NCBI GenBank assembly: GCA_965214935.1
Contig: CBDCCS010000019.1
Coordinates: 17,937 to 81,936, forward strand
From: Candidatus Velthaea sp.
Lineage (GTDB): Bacteria; Vulcanimicrobiota; Vulcanimicrobiia; Vulcanimicrobiales; Vulcanimicrobiaceae
Direction: 5' to 3'
Length of the DNA: 64,000 bases
Both the position numbers and the translations under genes were made by a program. The notes beneath the pieces were generated by a model that worked only from the letters and a program-made list of their open reading frames with translations, was not told where the DNA came from and searched no databases. Of this stretch, positions 8,843 through 18,905 are shown piece after piece; position 1 is the stretch's first letter, and each line of letters starts with the position of its first letter.

Positions 8843-10935
8843 GTGATGCTAAGTCGCGCCGTGCACGCCGTGGCAGCGGCAAATGCCTTTCTCATCACGG
8901 CGGTGCCTGGTTCGGCCGGGCACGATGACGTCGCGCCGCTCGTCGTTGATGCCGATACGCATCGGGCGATGTTCGCCGGAACCGTCGCGGCGGACGTGAC
9001 CCGGCCGGCGGCGCGACTCGAGATTGTGCTAGTGGGCCGGCCGCAAGCTGACGTCGCGGTGCGCGCCCGGGTGACGGCATCGCTGCTGGTTCTCGCCGAG
9101 GACACATTGCCGCATGCGGGCTTCGAGTCGTTGCCGGCGCCGACCGCATCCGACGCTCAATGGCGGTTCATTGATCCATCGCCCCCGTCGGTTCGCATTC
9201 GTTTGCCTATGCCAGCAACCGACGACAATGTGCGCGATAGCGTCAGCCGGCTCATCGGAGCGGTTAATTCCGGTCGCTACGGCGAGGACACCTTCGGGGC
9301 GCGGGTCATCTCGATCGACCATATCTTTGCCGGCTGCGCCCCGTTCGGGGCTCTGATTCGAAGCGCCGTGCGGACCCGAGTGGAACAGCTGACGCGCGTG
9401 CTCGGCACGCCTTCGTCGATGGACGTCGCGCTTGCGCCGCTGCCGCCGGGACTTCCGTTCGAGGCGCCCCCCGGCGGCATGCCGCATTGCTCCGGCGGCT
9501 CGCAAACTTCCCGGACGCATTGCTTCCATCGCATGCCTCATATCGCTTTCGGCAAGCCTTCGCATTCGCCCGGCCGATTCACTTCGCCGCTGCTGCGCCT
9601 TCATCGCAGACGCATGACGTGCCGCCGTTCATTGCCGGATCGACCGTAGGGCCGCGCGTACGTCTGCATGCCGCAGACGTGCTTCTCAGCGTGGAAGGAT
9701 TTGCCGTTCTCGAGCAGCGCGCGACTGGGAGGAGCTACGTCTACGAGGGTCCGAACGGCCGTTGGTTCATGCGCGACCTCACGCTCGAATCGGTCGATGC
9801 GATTCGGCGGCGACTGCGGGCCGCCGGTGTCGCCGACAGCGCGATCGTCACGCAACTAAATCCCAGCGACGGGCGCTGGTATGTCCGCGTTCACACTTCT
9901 GACACTCGGTGGAACGATGCCATCGCGGCAGCAATAAGCGGGACCGCGCAGGTCGAACGCGATGCCGTACGGACCACTACCTTCGGCGATGCGTGCACCA
10001 ACGAACAACATGCGCTGGCACGCGCGGTCGCCGACGCACTCGAACGAGCGCGACGCATCGCGGCCGGTCTACGCGCGACGATCGATCTTCAGCCCGTCGC
10101 CGTGCTGACGGGTTTCGGCAGCGGATTCGCATCGTGCGCGGAGCGCGGCAGCGATTACTCCCCACCCGCTCCTGTTCCCCGGCACATCTCCGGGCAGCTG
10201 AAGCGGCGTGAGCCTGACGACGGCGGCGCGTTCGGGGTCTTCGCCACCTTTCGCATCGAGCATCCCGACATTTCGGGTGCGGTACGGTCGCATGTCGCAA
10301 GCGACGACGCGATGAGTTTCGCTGTGCGCTTCGGCTACGTACCGCCGCCGATAACCTACATCGATGCGGTGCATGACGGCCATGCGCAACTCGAAACGCG
10401 TGTGCCTACGCAGCGCGTACGTATCGACATGCTGCTGAGCCCGGACAATCGGCACGCCTTTCGCGCGATCGATCCCGGCCTAGCTGCCGGTCTCGCCGCT
10501 AAGCTGGGCGTGTCCGCCGCCCAATACGCGGCGGCGTTCGAGCCCAACACTGAACGGGGCAACATGCCCACACCCGATCAGATGCTCTTTGAGGCCGAGT
10601 TTCCCAACCGCGGGCCAGCGACGGAACGCGCCCTGAGTGGAGCGCTCATGTCCGCACAGTCGGCCGGCTACGGCGGCTTTAAGATTGTCCCGGAAAGCAA
10701 TGGATGCGCCGCCGTCGACGACGCGCTCGCGCTTGACGCGATCCGAGCCGCTGCCGGTAACACTAAGCCGTCCGAACGCACCGGGCGCGTGATCGCCATC
10801 GATCTTCGCGGCCCGTTCACTGTCGATGGTGTGTGCAGCACCAAGAATAGCGGCGTCGCGACGTGGGCGGTTCGCAATGCAAAGATCCAGGACGTGCGTC
10901 TGGCCGCTTATGCGCGAGTCTCATACGGACACTAG
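8843..10935 (+). pseudogene. Secreted protein with SIMPL/DUF541-like segments, apparently split by a frameshift near 9490-9520
   Basis: ORFs 8843-9649 and 9487-10935 overlap in different frames; signal-peptide-like start; EQHALARAVADALERARRIAAGL resembles the SIMPL C-terminal helix. Confidence 0.5.
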
Positions 10936-11137
10936 CGGCAAAGCGATCCCAATACAAAACGCATGATGCGGGACTTGAAAAGTTTCATCCGCTGCGAATC
11001 CACAAAATAGTGGCTGTGCAAAAGGATTTCTATTGCGCAGGCTCACGGCACGTTAACGTCTTCACGCATTCGCGAAAAGGCTGTCCTCGATTCCGAAGGA
11101 AAACGACTCCCTGAATTGGCTAGAGCGGGAGCTGACA

Positions 11138-11305
11138 ATGCGCAAAATCGTCACATTAGACATACTACTTGCATTCATGTTTACCGGCGCTGCCGGGGCT
11201 GCAGAGCCTCTTAATATCCGCGATGCGCACGCATTTGCCGCAATGGTGATTTCGCTCGAGCGCGCTGGGTTCCGTTACGATAATAACCGATTATTATACC
11301 GATAA
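11138..11305 (+). pseudogene. Short or truncated secreted protein
   Basis: GGGAG RBS, then MRKIVTLDILLAFMFTGAAGAAEP (signal-peptide-like); stops after 55 codons. Confidence 0.4.
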
Positions 11306-11512
11306 GCCGGCTTTCAGCCACGGTTGCCGTTTCGTATAAAACGGACATGCCGCGGCTAGAGTGGACAGCCTCGGCGTTCATCGGTTACGATGGACGTAGC
11401 TCGCCACCTGAACAGTGTGGCACTAGTCCGAAGCTTTTATTGCGCCAGCTTTCGTACGGCGGACGCAATCGTAGTGACGAGCGAGCCCTGAATCTACGAT
11501 GCAAATAACAGC

Positions 11513-12185
11513 ATGACTGCCGTGAAACACTTCTTGAGCCGGACGATCGCCATTATCCCGTTGCCTTTGCTGCTGGCCGTATCTCCCGCGTATCAGCAAA
11601 CGCCGCAATCGGCGGCACTACGGCTCGTTTACCCACAAAGTAATTCGAAGCCCGTCGTTGTTCGCGTAAATGTGGTTGGCCGATTTGCAACGGTGCTCAT
11701 CCGGAACGGCTCCATCGAGGGAACGCCCGAGTGATGCCGCCTTTCTTATCAAACATTTCTCGTTTGGTTGGCAAGGCATTGAATCGCTTGACTTTCGCTG
11801 TCGCCTCGACAGCCAGGTTTCGTCGGCGCAATCGCGAGCGCAACTCTTGCGCGGTATGCCAAAGCCGCTGAGCGAAGCCTCCTGTCGTTACGAACCTCCG
11901 GCGGACTTTGGTCCGCGCGCCGACATCGAGGCCATACGACAACTGCAAGACTTGCCGCTCGTCCCGTCGGTGACGGTTTCGGGGCAGTATGCCATAGCGC
12001 GATGGTATGGAGCAGGCGGCGGCGAGACACTTTATCGAAAAACCGGCGGTCGCTGGCATGCGCTCGCCGGTGGTGGCGGTGCACTGAGCGTCACTGAGAT
12101 GTGGAAATACGGCGTGCCACCAACCGCATGGTGTTCGCTACACGTTTATCGAGCGAAATGCGCGGTTCGCCGCTCGTCCAAGTAA
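11513..12185 (+). pseudogene. Secreted hypothetical protein split by a frameshift near 11725
   Basis: ORF 11513-11734 (signal peptide) continues plausibly into ORF 11670-12185 (WYGAGGGE, GGGGAL). Confidence 0.55.
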
Positions 12186-12325
12186 TGTCCGCACTGCCTC
12201 GACGCAATGATGGTTGAGGTGGCGAGGACGTCCGTTCGCGTTTTCGTGCTTCGGTGCACTCAATTAAAGCGTTCAAAAGAACAAGCTTACTTTGAAGCGC
12301 TCAATATTGTGGGCTGACGCGGTCA

Positions 12326-13441
12326 TCATGCAGCAGCGCCGCCGCCCGTGATGACGGCATTTAGCAGCGGCGTATCGATTTGCGGCTCGTCCGGGCGGCT
12401 TGCGTGCTGCGCACGCCACCGTTCGTCGTCGATTGAAAGGCTTGGTGCCGGCGCGGCCGGCAACTGAACGCTGCGCGCAAAGCGCTCGACGTTAAGCGCC
12501 GGCATTGCGACGATCTTCATCAGCTGTTGCACGGCCGATAACCAGTTGCTGGACGTCTGTTGCGCGGCGGGAAGCTCAGCGTAGCGTTGGACGGTAACCT
12601 CAATGGGCTCAGCCTCATGTCCCGTTGCGCGCAGGACGTGATCTGTCGGCGCGTTATACGCGAACGTACCGCGACGCTGCTCTTCGTTGTACGTGCGCAT
12701 TTGCAATTGCATGAATGGTGATAAGCCGGCCGCACGTAATGCCTTGTCATACAGCCAGCTCGGCATGTGCATCAACGTGATGCGCCGGCCGAGCGTGCGC
12801 GACAGCGTTTCGGCAATGTCTCGGCCGGACAACAGTCGCGGGCCGGTCGGCCGATAGATGCGGCGGTCGTGACGCTCAGGTTCCAGCAGCGCAGCAACCG
12901 CAACCCGCGCAATATCCTCGTTCGAAGGCCAGGCGTTGAGGCTATCGCCATACGGCCACGGATACTGACCCAGATTAGCCGCCATAGCGATCGTCCGACT
13001 CAGCACGTTGTCCGCAAAGAAGCCCGGATTAACAATCGTAAACGTGACGCCCGGGATGCGAGCGAACAGCTTGTCGACGAGCCAATGTCCGCGCGTCAGC
13101 AATGACGGACTCGCCGGGTTTGCAAGCCACTGGCTGAGTCCGACGATCGACTGAATCCCGGCATCAGACGCAGCCAGCGCGAAAGCCGTAGCGTTCTGGA
13201 CGACATACGCATCCATCGGCGGAACATAGAATGCCCGCTTCGTGCCAAGCAACGCCGCAAGCAGAGCGTCGTAATCCGCTAAGTCGCCGGCGACGACTTG
13301 CGCGCCACGGGAATGAAGCTCGTCGCTGCGTGAGTCAATGCTGCGCACGAAAGCGCGGACCGGAACGCCGCGCGACAGAAGTTCTCTCGCGACGGCTCCT
13401 CCGATCTTTCCAGTCGCTCCGGTGACGAAGATTGGTTCCAT
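12326..13441 (-). CDS. NmrA-family NAD(P)-binding protein
   Basis: MEPIFVTGATGKIG Rossmann motif, VVAGDL, PGFFADN, EDIARVA; AGGAG RBS. Confidence 0.9.
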   Translation of the reverse strand: MEPIFVTGATGKIGGAVARELLSRGVPVRAFVRSIDSRSDELHSRGAQVVAGDLADYDALLAALLGTKRAFYVPPMDAYVVQNATAFALAASDAGIQSIVGLSQWLANPASPSLLTRGHWLVDKLFARIPGVTFTIVNPGFFADNVLSRTIAMAANLGQYPWPYGDSLNAWPSNEDIARVAVAALLEPERHDRRIYRPTGPRLLSGRDIAETLSRTLGRRITLMHMPSWLYDKALRAAGLSPFMQLQMRTYNEEQRRGTFAYNAPTDHVLRATGHEAEPIEVTVQRYAELPAAQQTSSNWLSAVQQLMKIVAMPALNVERFARSVQLPAAPAPSLSIDDERWRAQHASRPDEPQIDTPLLNAVITGGGAAA

Positions 13442-13481
13442 GAAACTCCTTTGCTCTTCCGCGAGCATCAGCCCGACGTTA

Positions 13482-13495
13482 GTTGTATATACAAC
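13482..13495. promoter_or_regulatory. Putative MarR operator upstream of the NmrA gene
   Basis: Perfect palindrome GTTGTATATACAAC. Confidence 0.6.
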
Positions 13496-13513
13496 AACAA
13501 TGTTAAAAAAAGG

Positions 13514-13939
13514 CTAGGCCATAACGCTCGATGCCATCTCACGCAATGCCGCCGTCTGCTCTTTACCGATCAGCCGTGATGCCCGTCGTTGAGCGCTGCG
13601 CCAGGCAGGTGCGATCTGCCCAAGAAGTGCTTCGCCTCGGCTCGTAAGCCGAAGCGGGGCGCCGCGGCCGTCGGGCGCATCATCGACTTCTTCGATCCAG
13701 CCGTTGGTCTCCATGACTCGAAGATTTCGGCTCAACGTCGAAGTGTCGAGTTGCATGTACCGAGCGATGTCCGTCCTACGCACCGGCCCCATGCCCGCAA
13801 TCGCGACGAGAACGTTGAGTTGGCTAGCCTTGATCCCGAACGGACGCAGTTCAGCGTCGTAAAGTCCTGTGATGACCCGGGATACCAGACGTGCGCGCAT
13901 GTTCAGGCACGACCGCTCCATCTCTTGCGCTAACGCCAT
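13514..13939 (-). CDS. MarR-family transcriptional regulator
   Basis: CLNMRARLVSRVITGLYDAELRPFGIKASQ, LDTSTLSRNL, DGR..LRLT..G; alternative GTG start at 13957. Confidence 0.9.
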   Translation of the reverse strand: MALAQEMERSCLNMRARLVSRVITGLYDAELRPFGIKASQLNVLVAIAGMGPVRRTDIARYMQLDTSTLSRNLRVMETNGWIEEVDDAPDGRGAPLRLTSRGEALLGQIAPAWRSAQRRASRLIGKEQTAALREMASSVMA

Positions 13940-13966
13940 CGCTGCCGAAGAACTCACGCCGACATT

Positions 13967-13980
13967 GTTGCATATGCATA
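13967..13980. promoter_or_regulatory. Putative MarR autoregulatory operator
   Basis: GTTGCATATGCATA with palindromic core TGCATATGCA, similar to the site at 13482. Confidence 0.5.
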
Positions 13981-14027
13981 TATCTTCGTCAAGTAGTCGC
14001 GAGTCGGGCGAATTAAGCCGCCGCTGG

Positions 14028-14759
14028 TCACGGCAACAGCGACGGCGCCGGCGTCGGTAACACGCGTGGACGCGGCGCGATCGGACGCGAGCGGCGCTGC
14101 GAAAACGTCGAGGGCGGCAGCGACGGCGGGAAACGGTACGTGTAGAATGACAGGCGTTCGGCGGCGGTCGTATTTCCGACGATGGCTCGTGCCGATGCGA
14201 AGTATGGAACCCACCAGGCAGCGCTGCGAGCGAACGAAATGATGCCGCTTCCGCTGTTTTTGCTCGTCGCAAAAGCGATCGACGACGGCAGAAACCGGAC
14301 GCCGTCGATGACGACGCCCGTTATATTGAACGGACGCGTCGCTTTGGGAGCTAAACGAAAAACATAATCGTTGTGGTGCGCGTTCTTGCGCGACCCGACG
14401 AAGATAAAATTATAGTCAGTTACGCGCGGCGCTAGTGCACCGACCGAATAGCGGTTTCTCCGGCCGAGAAAAATCCGGATTTTCGGCGGCGATAAGGGCC
14501 TGCCGTCGACGGATAACGTCTCATCGCGTTCATTATTTCCGCCGCGGAAGACGCGATGCGTTTGGGCGAGCGTGCGGCTTCCGGTTTGATCGAGCGTATA
14601 ATCGACGGTCATAATCGGCGGTTCGCCGATTTTGCGCAGTGCCAGCGCGAAGCGCTGTAGCACAACGACGGGTGACAGCAGCGCAGGCGCTGGACTGGGT
14701 ACCGGCGTCGGCGCGGCCCGCAGCGCGAGCATCTGAGCCAGCAGGATGACGGCGCTCAC
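14028..14759 (-). CDS. Hypothetical exported protein
   Basis: Signal-like N-terminus, Pro-rich ends, beta-rich core; 4-bp overlap with alaS. Confidence 0.7.
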   Translation of the reverse strand: MSAVILLAQMLALRAAPTPVPSPAPALLSPVVVLQRFALALRKIGEPPIMTVDYTLDQTGSRTLAQTHRVFRGGNNERDETLSVDGRPLSPPKIRIFLGRRNRYSVGALAPRVTDYNFIFVGSRKNAHHNDYVFRLAPKATRPFNITGVVIDGVRFLPSSIAFATSKNSGSGIISFARSAAWWVPYFASARAIVGNTTAAERLSFYTYRFPPSLPPSTFSQRRSRPIAPRPRVLPTPAPSLLP

Positions 14760-17362
14760 GCGAGCGCGTGACGCATCGCTTCGAGCGCGGCTTGCGCACC
14801 GGCAACATTCCGTCCGCCGCCTTGCGCCTGCGCGGGCGCGCCACCGCCCTTACCGCCGACCAGCGGCGCCGCGGCGCGTACGAGGTTGCCGGCGTGCACG
14901 CCGGCTTTCACGGCGTCGTCGCTGGCGCTGGCAAATAGCGTTGCCGCGTCCCCGTCGACGCCGACGAGCGCGATGACGCCGCTGCGTAAACGCGAGCGAA
15001 TGGCGCCCGCTAACGTTCGCACGGCTTGGGCATCGGCTTCGAGCACGAGCGCCGCGACGAGCGTCAGCCCGTTGACGGCTTCGGCCCGATCGACGTACGC
15101 TTTGGCATCGGCCGATGCTAAACGTGCGTTGATATCGGCCAGCGACTTCTGCATGTCGCGTACATCGGTCTGCAAGCGATTGACGCGCTCGACGAGATCG
15201 TCGGGTTTGGCGGACAGCGTCTGTGCTAACTCCGCGATCACATCTTGCTGCTGCTCGACATACGCTTCAGCGGCGCGCGACACGACCGCTTCGATCCGCC
15301 GTATCCCGCTGCCGACCGACGCTTCACTGAGCAGCAGGAAAAGGCCGAGTTCGCCGGTCGTTACCGCATGCGTTCCGCCGCAGAACTCGACCGCCGGGCC
15401 GGCCTTGACGACACGTACGAGATCGCCGTATTTTTCGCCGGCCATCGATATCGCGCCGGTTTGCTCGGCTTGCGCGCTCGGCATTTCGTGTGTTTCGAGA
15501 TGATAATCGGCGCGAATAAGCTCGTTCACACGCTGCGTGACCGATCGCTTCTGCGATACACTCAACGCTCCGATCGGACTCCGAAAATCGAAGCGCATGC
15601 GATCCGTTCCGACCCACGAGCCGGCCTGCACGACGTCTTCGCCCAAGACATCGCGCAGCGCACGCTGCAATAAGTGCGCGGACGTGTGATGCCGCCGAAT
15701 CTCTTCGCGCCAAGCCGTGTCGACTCGCGTCTCAACGACATCACCGAGCGCGAAGAAACCACTCGTGACGCGACCGGTATGCGCGATCGCTTCGCCGACA
15801 TATTGGGTATCCGCGACCTCAAAGGAACCGTTTTCGCCGGCAATCGTTCCATGATCGCCGATTTGGCCGCCTTTTTCACCGTAAAACGACGTCCGGTCCA
15901 AGATTATTTGACCGCTCGCACCCGCCTCAAGCGTCAGAGCCGGCGCACCGTCACTGAGTAGCGACATCACGGTGCCGGTCGAGTCGAGTCCATCGTAGCC
16001 CGTAAAGACACTGCTGATCGCCGGCAAATCGGCGACATTGACGACGGCACGCTTGGATTTCGCATCGGCCCGCGCGCGTTCGCGCTGCGCGTTCATGAGA
16101 TGCTCAAAACCTGCTAAATCGACGGCGACATCACGCTCGGCGGCGATCTCGCGCGTCAGTTCCGACGGAAACCCGAACGTATCGTGCAAGGCAAACACAT
16201 CGTCGCCGCTCAGACGGTTCGTGCCGTCGGCTTGTGCTGCCGCGATTTGGGCCGTAAGCCGTTCCGACCCCCGATCGAGGGTTCGAACGAAGGCGGCTTC
16301 CTCGCGGCGCAACGCGTCTTGCACGTCACGTAAACGCTGTTCTAAAAACGGATAACCGGAACGCAGCGACGCGGTAACGGCGGCAGCCAGTTGCGGCATG
16401 AACTCTTTGGGGTAGCCCAACAGCCGGCCGTTCCGAATGGCGCGCCGAATAAGGAAGCGGAGCACGTAACCGCGATCGGTATTCGACGGATAGACACCGT
16501 CGGCAATCAGCATCGTCACGGCGCGCGCATGGTCGGCGATAATGTTGCGCCGTACCAACTGCTCGGACGCCGGCAGCGTCGTCATGCCGACCTCTGGTTG
16601 CGCGGCAATAAGATCGGTGAACAAATCCGTTTCGTACATCGTGGCTTTGCCGTTGACGACGGCGAGCATCCGCTCGAAGCCCGCGCCGGTATCGATATTC
16701 TTGTTTGGTAATTCGCTAAGTTTACCGTCAGCGGCACGATCGTACTGTTGAAAAACTAAATTCCATATTTCGACGTACCGATTGCCGCAATTCGGCCCGG
16801 TGTCATCGGGACCGGACCCATACGCGGCACCCGTGTCGAAGAAGATCTCCGAACACGGCCCGCACGGACCGGTCGGCCCCATCGTCCAAAAGTTATCTTC
16901 ATTCCAGCGCGAGATCCGCTCGGAAGGTAAGCCGATTTCCGTTTCCCACAGCCGCTGCGCTTCATCGTCACCGACGTGCACGGTCACATACAGTTTCGCT
17001 GCATCGAGTTTGAGAAACTGCGTTAAAAATTCCCACGCATAGCGAATCGCGTCACGCTTATAATAATCGCCGAAACTAAAATTACCGAGCATCTCGAGAA
17101 ACGTTCCATGCCGCCCGGTGCGTCCGACATTCTCAATATCGCTCTTGGCGCCGGCTACCCGCAAGCACCGCTGTACGCTCACCGCGCGTTGCGCGGGTGC
17201 CGGTTCGTTACCGAGAAACGCCGGAACGAACGGCTCCATGCCTGCGATCGTGAAGAGCGTCGTCGACATTGCATCCGGGATCAGGCTGGCGGACGGGATG
17301 GCTTTGTGTCCGCGCTGAACGAAAAAATCGACGAACGCGGCACGGAGTTCCTGGGAGGTCAT
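14756..17362 (-). CDS. alaS: Alanine--tRNA ligase
   Basis: LFTIAGM, RHGTFLEMLGNFSFGDYYK, GPCGPCSEI, HTSAHLL, EFCGGTH, GGKGGG. Confidence 0.98.
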   Translation of the reverse strand: MTSQELRAAFVDFFVQRGHKAIPSASLIPDAMSTTLFTIAGMEPFVPAFLGNEPAPAQRAVSVQRCLRVAGAKSDIENVGRTGRHGTFLEMLGNFSFGDYYKRDAIRYAWEFLTQFLKLDAAKLYVTVHVGDDEAQRLWETEIGLPSERISRWNEDNFWTMGPTGPCGPCSEIFFDTGAAYGSGPDDTGPNCGNRYVEIWNLVFQQYDRAADGKLSELPNKNIDTGAGFERMLAVVNGKATMYETDLFTDLIAAQPEVGMTTLPASEQLVRRNIIADHARAVTMLIADGVYPSNTDRGYVLRFLIRRAIRNGRLLGYPKEFMPQLAAAVTASLRSGYPFLEQRLRDVQDALRREEAAFVRTLDRGSERLTAQIAAAQADGTNRLSGDDVFALHDTFGFPSELTREIAAERDVAVDLAGFEHLMNAQRERARADAKSKRAVVNVADLPAISSVFTGYDGLDSTGTVMSLLSDGAPALTLEAGASGQIILDRTSFYGEKGGQIGDHGTIAGENGSFEVADTQYVGEAIAHTGRVTSGFFALGDVVETRVDTAWREEIRRHHTSAHLLQRALRDVLGEDVVQAGSWVGTDRMRFDFRSPIGALSVSQKRSVTQRVNELIRADYHLETHEMPSAQAEQTGAISMAGEKYGDLVRVVKAGPAVEFCGGTHAVTTGELGLFLLLSEASVGSGIRRIEAVVSRAAEAYVEQQQDVIAELAQTLSAKPDDLVERVNRLQTDVRDMQKSLADINARLASADAKAYVDRAEAVNGLTLVAALVLEADAQAVRTLAGAIRSRLRSGVIALVGVDGDAATLFASASDDAVKAGVHAGNLVRAAAPLVGGKGGGAPAQAQGGGRNVAGAQAALEAMRHALA

Positions 17363-17618
17363 AGCAGCCGAAGAAGATTCACGCGCGACCGTCAAAGGCC
17401 CTCGCCCGTGCTTTTAGTCGTCGTCGAGCGTCGCACGGCCAGATTCGCAGTGCAGATTGTCGCGGGAAACTTTGCTTGCCATGCGCGCAGCGCATCGTCA
17501 TCAAGCGAAAGCTGCTGGAACGATTTGCGCGCGGCGGGCGACACGTTGGGAAGCGGATCATCTTCATCGAAAGCAATCGAGCAACAATGTCTTGCTGGTG
17601 CCGAGACGGTCGGGCTAA

Positions 17619-18830
17619 GTGATGCAAGTTCAGCCGTTGACGCGCTTGATCAACGAGCGCCGGATCTTAACATTATTGCGCGTAGCCGGTCCGCTAACGC
17701 GCGCCGACATGGCGCGTAGTCTCGATCTCGTGCCCGCGACCCTGACGAATCTGATCGACGCGCTGCGAAAACGCCGGTTGGTTCAGGAAACCGACAGCGT
17801 CGCACGAGTCGCCGACCGGACGGCGATCGGCCGTCCCGGCATCAAAATCACGCTCGTACCGAACGGCGCGTATTTTCTCGGGGTTGAAATCGGCGTTGGC
17901 ATCATCCGATTTGCGCTTCTCGATTTAGCGCTCGGCGTCGCAGCTTCGGAGACGCATCCTGCGCCGCGCGATATCAGCCCCGCCGCCGCCGTGGCCGTCA
18001 TCGCGGCATATCTCGCCCGGCTAACCGGCCGGCCGGAGTATGACGGTCGCATTCATGCCGTCGTGTTAACGGTGCCCGGCCTCGTTCGCTCCGACGGCTA
18101 TGTCGTGCATCTGCCGATACTCGGTTGGCGTGACGTCGAGCTTGGGGCGCTCGCAACGGCAGCCTTCGGTCTGACGGCTACGGTTGAAAACAACGCGAAT
18201 GCGGCGGCCTTCGGCGAGGTGTACTTGCGGCCGAAGCTCGAGCGCGACTGCATCATCTATCTCAAGCTCGGCACGGGTTGCGGCGGCGCGGCAATCCTCA
18301 ACGGCCGGCTGCTCCGCGGCGCGTTCGGAATGGCAGCCGAATTCGGCCACATCGAAGTGTCGGCAACCGGCGCGCGGTGCAATTGCGGACGGACCGGCTG
18401 TCTCGAAGCGCAAGTGAATTTTGCCGCGTTGGCACGACTTGTCGCACCCGGCCGGCAGCTTGACGACGCCGCCTTACGCTCGCTGCCCGCCGCGGTCGTT
18501 CGTGCGGCACGTAACGGCGATGAAGTAGCCCGCGAAGCGATCCGTCATATCGCCGACGCCCTGGCGACAGGTTTAGCGAGTCTGGTGAACGCGTTCAATC
18601 CGCGCACGATCGTACTCGGCGGCCCGGTCTCCGGCCTGCTCGCTCAAGCCGTCGACGATCTGCGCGAGGCGGTCGCGCGGCGCACCGTGTCGGGGATGAC
18701 GCTGCCGCAGATCGAGTTGTCGTCATTTGGAGCGATGGAATGTGCAATCGGTGCGGCAACGATCGCCCATCATCAAGCCGTCGATTTCCCCAGCGACGCG
18801 TCTAAGCTGAATCTCACATACGGCTATTAA
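17619..18830 (+). CDS. ROK-family transcriptional regulator
   Basis: N-terminal HTH, GRP motif, ENNANAAAFGE, AEFGH, CNCGRTGCLE. Confidence 0.92.
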   Translation: MMQVQPLTRLINERRILTLLRVAGPLTRADMARSLDLVPATLTNLIDALRKRRLVQETDSVARVADRTAIGRPGIKITLVPNGAYFLGVEIGVGIIRFALLDLALGVAASETHPAPRDISPAAAVAVIAAYLARLTGRPEYDGRIHAVVLTVPGLVRSDGYVVHLPILGWRDVELGALATAAFGLTATVENNANAAAFGEVYLRPKLERDCIIYLKLGTGCGGAAILNGRLLRGAFGMAAEFGHIEVSATGARCNCGRTGCLEAQVNFAALARLVAPGRQLDDAALRSLPAAVVRAARNGDEVAREAIRHIADALATGLASLVNAFNPRTIVLGGPVSGLLAQAVDDLREAVARRTVSGMTLPQIELSSFGAMECAIGAATIAHHQAVDFPSDASKLNLTYGY

Positions 18831-18844
18831 CGCCGGGGCTCGGG

Positions 18845-18888
18845 TTGACAACGGCCTGCGCTTCGTTTATTCATTGAATGAATAAACG
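18845..18888 (+). promoter_or_regulatory. Sigma70-type promoter overlapped by a putative ROK operator
   Basis: TTGACA at 18845; perfect inverted repeat CGTTTATTCATT-G-AATGAATAAACG at 18864-18888. Confidence 0.7.
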
Positions 18889-18905
18889 GCTGTAGGGGCT
18901 AGGCG

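Larger units (their letters stand above)
3446..14027. mobile_element. Accessory/genomic island between convergent core genes (right boundary uncertain, 12.3-14.0 kb)
   Basis: Recombinase at the left end, lower-GC genes, IS21 relic and several frameshifted ORFs. No flanking direct repeat or tRNA seen. Confidence 0.6.

Noticed and set aside
3880..12300. Classical integron with attC cassettes
   Set aside because: The recombinase looks Cre-like with no evident IntI insertion, and no repeated RYYYAAC..GTTRRRY sites were found. The hairpin at 8677-8733 (ATCTAAA..TTTAGAT) has the wrong core and an asymmetric register.
17363..17620. T-box leader upstream of alaS
   Set aside because: No GGTGGNACCGCG T-box sequence or terminator found.
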